Assembly: GCA_045613165.1 (NCBI GenBank)
Contig: JAZLAK010000093.1
Coordinates: forward strand, 1-37,014
Source: Bacilli bacterium
Lineage (GTDB): Bacteria > Bacillota_I > Bacilli_A > RF39 > UBA660
Direction: 5' to 3'
DNA length: 37,014 nt
The position numbers were made by a program, and so were the translations under genes. Below the pieces are notes generated by a model, which was not told the origin of the DNA, ran no database searches, and worked only from the letters and a program-made list of their open reading frames with translations. Shown in pieces: positions 33,976 through 37,014 of the stretch; the stretch's first letter is position 1; each line of letters starts with the position of its first letter.

Positions 33976-34006
33976 TTTTGTGTTATACTTTTATTAGGTG
34001 GTAAAC

Positions 34007-35089
34007 ATGAATTCAGTTTATATACATATACCATTTTGTAAATCAATATGTAGTTATTGCGATTTTTGCAAACAACTATATAACGAAACTAACGTAAAAA
34101 AATACTTATGTTCTTTACGTGAAGAAATAAATGATAGATATAACGATGAAGAATTAGATACTATATATATAGGTGGTGGTACTCCTAGTGCTTTAAATTT
34201 TAATGAATTAAGAGAATTGTTTGATATATTAAAAACTTTAAAAACTAATAACTTAAAAGAATTTACATTTGAATGCAACGTTAATGATATTTCAGAAGAA
34301 TTAATTAAACTTTTAAAAGAAAATAAAGTTAATAGATTGAGTATAGGAGTAGAATCATTTAATAAAGAAAAATTAAAATTCATGGAACGTTTCTCATCAT
34401 TTGACGATGTAAAACAAAAAATTGAAATGATTAGAAGAGTAGGTATTAATAATATAAATCTAGATTTAATATATGGAATACCAGGAGAAACACTTAAAGA
34501 TTTGAAAAAAGATTTAAACTTAATATTAAAGCTTAAACCAGAACATATAAGTACATATTCTTTAATATTAGAAGAATATACAAAATTAAGTTTAAAAGAG
34601 ATTAACCCAATAGATGAAGAATTAGAATTAGAAATGTATAATTATATTAGAAAAAAATTAAAAAATAAAAAATACATACATTATGAAGTCAGTAACTTTG
34701 CACTTTCAAATAAAGAATCTATACATAATTTAAATTATTGGAATAACGAAGAATATTATGGTTTTGGTTTAGGAGCTCATGGATACATCGATGGAATAAG
34801 ATATGAAAATACTAAAAATATAAATAAATATATAGAAAATGAATTCGTAGCAAAACAAGAAATTGTTGGAATAAAAGAAAAACAAGAGAATGAATTAATG
34901 CTAGGTTTAAGAAAAATTAAGGGAATAAATTTGAGTGATTTTTTTAATAAATATGAAGTAAATATGCAAAATGTTTTTCCAATCAAGCCACTTATAAAAA
35001 ATAAAGATTTAATATATAAAGACGGATATATATTTATCAATCCTGAGAAATTATATATTATGAATGAAATATTATTAAAATTAATTTAA
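34007..35089 (+). CDS. hemW: Radical-SAM HemW-like heme chaperone (HemN-like, coproporphyrinogen III oxidase family)
   Basis: The YIHIPFCKSICSYCDFC cluster, IYIGGGTPS and the C-terminal HemN_C-like region are present. AGGTGG precedes ATG 34007. Confidence 0.85.
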   Translation: MNSVYIHIPFCKSICSYCDFCKQLYNETNVKKYLCSLREEINDRYNDEELDTIYIGGGTPSALNFNELRELFDILKTLKTNNLKEFTFECNVNDISEELIKLLKENKVNRLSIGVESFNKEKLKFMERFSSFDDVKQKIEMIRRVGINNINLDLIYGIPGETLKDLKKDLNLILKLKPEHISTYSLILEEYTKLSLKEINPIDEELELEMYNYIRKKLKNKKYIHYEVSNFALSNKESIHNLNYWNNEEYYGFGLGAHGYIDGIRYENTKNINKYIENEFVAKQEIVGIKEKQENELMLGLRKIKGINLSDFFNKYEVNMQNVFPIKPLIKNKDLIYKDGYIFINPEKLYIMNEILLKLI

Positions 35090-35100
35090 GGAGTAAAGAT

Positions 35101-35526
35101 ATGATAAAAGAACTTATACAAAAATATAAAAAATTAAAAATAGAAACAACTACAGTTAAGGAATATACTGCGCCAAAAGTAGAAACTGTAAATTTAGAAA
35201 GAGAGTTTCCAATAGAAATTATTGCATCAACTATGGAAAACAGAGCACTGGCCCCACTAGAAGATTTGGAAGATTTTTGGAGTTTTATTACAAATGAAGA
35301 AGTAAGTTTATCAAATATCCAAAGGTTTATACCTATTATTCAAAGAGAAATATTAAATCAATATCCTAACTTTAAAATTCTAGATTTATCTAGTGACGAA
35401 TGGTATTTAAAAGAAGATAAGGTTAAATGGTTAAAAAATTGGTATAGAGAACAAAATGGGGTTTCACTAACAATAAAATCATTAAAAAAAGGATATACAA
35501 AGACTTTAACAATACAAGACAAATAA
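35101..35526 (+). CDS. Hypothetical protein (141 aa)
   Basis: It has an AAGGAG RBS and starts 12 nt after hemW. The protein is soluble and Trp-rich (WSF, EWYLKEDKVKWLKNWY). No family recognised. Confidence 0.65.
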   Translation: MIKELIQKYKKLKIETTTVKEYTAPKVETVNLEREFPIEIIASTMENRALAPLEDLEDFWSFITNEEVSLSNIQRFIPIIQREILNQYPNFKILDLSSDEWYLKEDKVKWLKNWYREQNGVSLTIKSLKKGYTKTLTIQDK

Positions 35527-35542
35527 ATATCTTGTATTTTTT
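35513..35542 (+). terminator. Rho-independent terminator
   Basis: TACAAGA (35513-35519) pairs with TCTTGTA (35530-35536), followed by T6. The hairpin spans the stop codon. Confidence 0.65.
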
Positions 35543-35586
35543 AATTTTTGTGATAGAATTATTATTAGAATAAGGATGTGTTAATT

Positions 35587-37014
35587 TTGAAAAAGAATTT
35601 TAAATATTTATTATGTGCTTTAAGTATTACAATGTTGTGTCCTTTAATAACAAACGCAGCATCTTTAAGTTTCGAAGGTTCACCAAACAATAACGTTGCA
35701 ACTTATGAAATAAAATATACACCTGACGCAACACCTTTTGATACTATTAATATAGAATTAGAAAAAACAAATGATGACTTAACTTATAACTTAACCAGTG
35801 AATATGGTACATGTGAAAATCTAAAATGTAGTAATTTAATTACAAAACAAATTACAACCGAAGCTACAATAGCAACTTTAACTGTACAAAATACAACAAG
35901 TGAAAATCAAAAAACCTCACTTACTATAAATGGAAATGCAAATGAAACAGCAATTACAAGTGCTACAAAAGAATTCACTTTAAAACCTGTAGCAACAACA
36001 ACTACAACTCAAAGAGCATTAAATACAGATAATAACTTATCAGGTTTAACTATTTCAGTTGGAGCATTAGATCAAACATTTAGTAAAGATATAAAAGAAT
36101 ATAGCGTAACAGGAATAAAAGATACAGTAAACTCAGTAACAATTACACCAACATGTGCAGCTGAAGGATGTACTTGGGTAATGAGTTGCCCTTTAGGAGA
36201 ATGCTCAGTTACAAATCCTTCTGAAAGAGGTAGAGTAGCTCTACAAACAGGAGCAAATAAAGTATCTATAGTTGTTACCAGTGAAGATAAAAAAAGTAAT
36301 AAAACGTATATTTTAAATATATATAGAGGGGAAATTGTTGCAAGTTCAGCATATCTTTCTGGTCTCGAAATAACTGATGCAATATTAAGCCCTGGTTTCG
36401 ATTCAATGACTAATGATTATACATTAACTGTTGGATTAGATGTAGAAAAATTAGATATCATAACTACTACTGAAGATCCTAGCGCAAAAGTTTTAATTAA
36501 AGGAAATGAAGATTTAAAAGAAGGAGAAAATACTATTACTATTACTGTTACAAGTAGTGATGGTGAGAGCAAACAAGTATATACTCTTATAGTTACAAAA
36601 GAAGATATTGAAGAAGAACAAATTGAAGAAGATAAAGAAAATATTACAACAAGTAAAGTAGAAAAGAAAAAAAATAATACTTGGTTAATTATAGTTCTAT
36701 CTATTTTAGGCTTAACATTAATCGTTGTAGCTTTCTTAATTATATTTAAAAGAAAAAAGAAAAAAAATAAGAATGATAAAATCGATAAAAATAATAAGGG
36801 TACAAAATTAATAAACGATGATACTGAAATTTTAGAAAAAGCTTTAGAAGATGATTTAATGAATACAAATGAAATAGCAAAACAAAATACAGCAAATTTA
36901 CATATTTTAAACGAAACTAGAAAACAATTACATGAAGAACCAAAACAAGATATAGATGAAGCGTTAGATGATTTAATGAAAACAAAAAGATTAGAACTTG
37001 GAGATTTAGATTTT
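35587..37014 (+). CDS. Surface protein with cadherin-like beta-sandwich repeats, a transmembrane anchor and a cytoplasmic tail (3' end outside the window)
   Basis: The frame is open from TTG 35587 to the window end (476 codons, checked by hand); it is absent from the ORF track because no stop is reached. The signal peptide is MKKNFKYLLCALSITMLCPLITNA/AS. Two repeats begin LSGLTISVGALDQTFSKDIKEYSVTG and LSGLEITDAILSPGFDSMTNDYTLTVG. The transmembrane helix is WLIIVLSILGLTLIVVAFLIIF, followed by KRKKKKNK. Confidence 0.7.
   Translation, partial: MKKNFKYLLCALSITMLCPLITNAASLSFEGSPNNNVATYEIKYTPDATPFDTINIELEKTNDDLTYNLTSEYGTCENLKCSNLITKQITTEATIATLTVQNTTSENQKTSLTINGNANETAITSATKEFTLKPVATTTTTQRALNTDNNLSGLTISVGALDQTFSKDIKEYSVTGIKDTVNSVTITPTCAAEGCTWVMSCPLGECSVTNPSERGRVALQTGANKVSIVVTSEDKKSNKTYILNIYRGEIVASSAYLSGLEITDAILSPGFDSMTNDYTLTVGLDVEKLDIITTTEDPSAKVLIKGNEDLKEGENTITITVTSSDGESKQVYTLIVTKEDIEEEQIEEDKENITTSKVEKKKNNTWLIIVLSILGLTLIVVAFLIIFKRKKKKNKNDKIDKNNKGTKLINDDTEILEKALEDDLMNTNEIAKQNTANLHILNETRKQLHEEPKQDIDEALDDLMKTKRLELGDLDF

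Noticed and set aside
328-34006. Upstream start codons proposed by the ORF track: 328 (sepF), 11595 (gatC), 14800 (DHH), 19334 (yneF), 27452, 28956 (rpsB) and 33998 (hemW).
   Set aside because: In each case a downstream ATG has a properly spaced SD and restores the conserved N-terminus. 14800 is itself a predicted -35 box and 19334 begins at the last base of a predicted -10 box. 28956 reads through a purine-rich leader.
953-35040. Opposite-strand ORFs from the track that lie inside (or mostly within) confident genes: 953-1162, 4627-4860, 11311-11601, 11839-12042, 13770-14138, 14478-14876, 15342-15551, 20222-20419, 21082-21294, 21562-21963, 25156-25428, 29288-29674, 29961-30335, 31114-31332, 31366-31644, 33267-33539, 34054-34383 and 34777-35040.
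   Set aside because: All lie entirely or mostly within well-supported conserved genes. They translate to low-complexity Leu/Ile/Ser/Phe-rich strings and lack RBSs. Such shadow ORFs are expected by chance in AT-rich DNA.
32173-35526. Considered whether the HerA-like ATPase, hemW and the 141-aa protein form a three-gene defence system.
   Set aside because: A clear terminator (33938-33975) separates the ATPase from hemW. hemW is a conserved housekeeping radical-SAM heme chaperone. The 141-aa protein has no nuclease-like or effector-like motif that I can see.
1-37014. Considered CRISPR arrays, long tandem or dispersed repeats, rRNA genes and an alternative (UGA=Trp) genetic code.
   Set aside because: No repeat-spacer periodicity or long repeats were visible, and no rRNA-like sequence. 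All conserved proteins are full length under the standard code, with Trp encoded by TGG, so there is no evidence for recoding.

Overview
This is a very AT-rich chromosomal segment read with the standard genetic code. The gene content points to an endospore-forming, low-GC Firmicute (Clostridia/Erysipelotrichia-like): it has an intact pro-sigma-K and a yneF-yceD-rpmF neighbourhood. Most of the window is ordinary housekeeping.

Gene content, left to right:
- Cell division: sepF and divIVA, followed by recD2.
- A dense aminoacyl-tRNA block: archaeal-type proS, a T-box leader, hisS-asnS, then aspS-gatCAB with overlapping stop/start codons.
- A DHH phosphoesterase, a Cof-type HAD hydrolase and a HelD-like helicase.
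- yneF-yceD-rpmF, a lone tRNA-Met(CAT) and an M29 aminopeptidase.
- A Crp/Fnr regulator divergent from nrdD-nrdG-dut.
- An XRE regulator and sigK.
- rpsB-tsf, pdp, an orphan HerA-like ATPase and hemW.
- A 3'-truncated cadherin-like surface protein.

No transposase, integrase, CRISPR array or long repeat was seen.

Strongest hunt result: the 362-nt asnS-aspS spacer (9495-9856) is not a T-box. It holds two convergent consensus sigma-A promoters. The sense promoter drives a 30-codon hydrophobic ORF with a sequestered Shine-Dalgarno sequence and a 5'-3' fold-back. The antisense promoter would produce an RNA of about 110 nt that overlaps the ORF's 3' end and has its own terminator. This is a type I toxin-antitoxin-like cassette sitting inside what looks like an ancestral hisS-aspS operon.

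Other points worth checking:
- The hisS T-box appears to read tRNA-Asp (GAC specifier, UGGC bulge).
- A perfect 18-bp palindrome sits at about -41.5 of nrdDG and over the -35 of the divergent crp/fnr gene.
- Ribosomal protein S2 carries a Rho_N/HeH-like C-terminal domain.
- The HerA-like ATPase has no visible partner.
- An internally duplicated unknown protein and a small partner lie next to sigK.
- A protein with UDG-superfamily-like motifs lies beside the tRNA.
- A 47-codon membrane ORF is missing from the ORF track.
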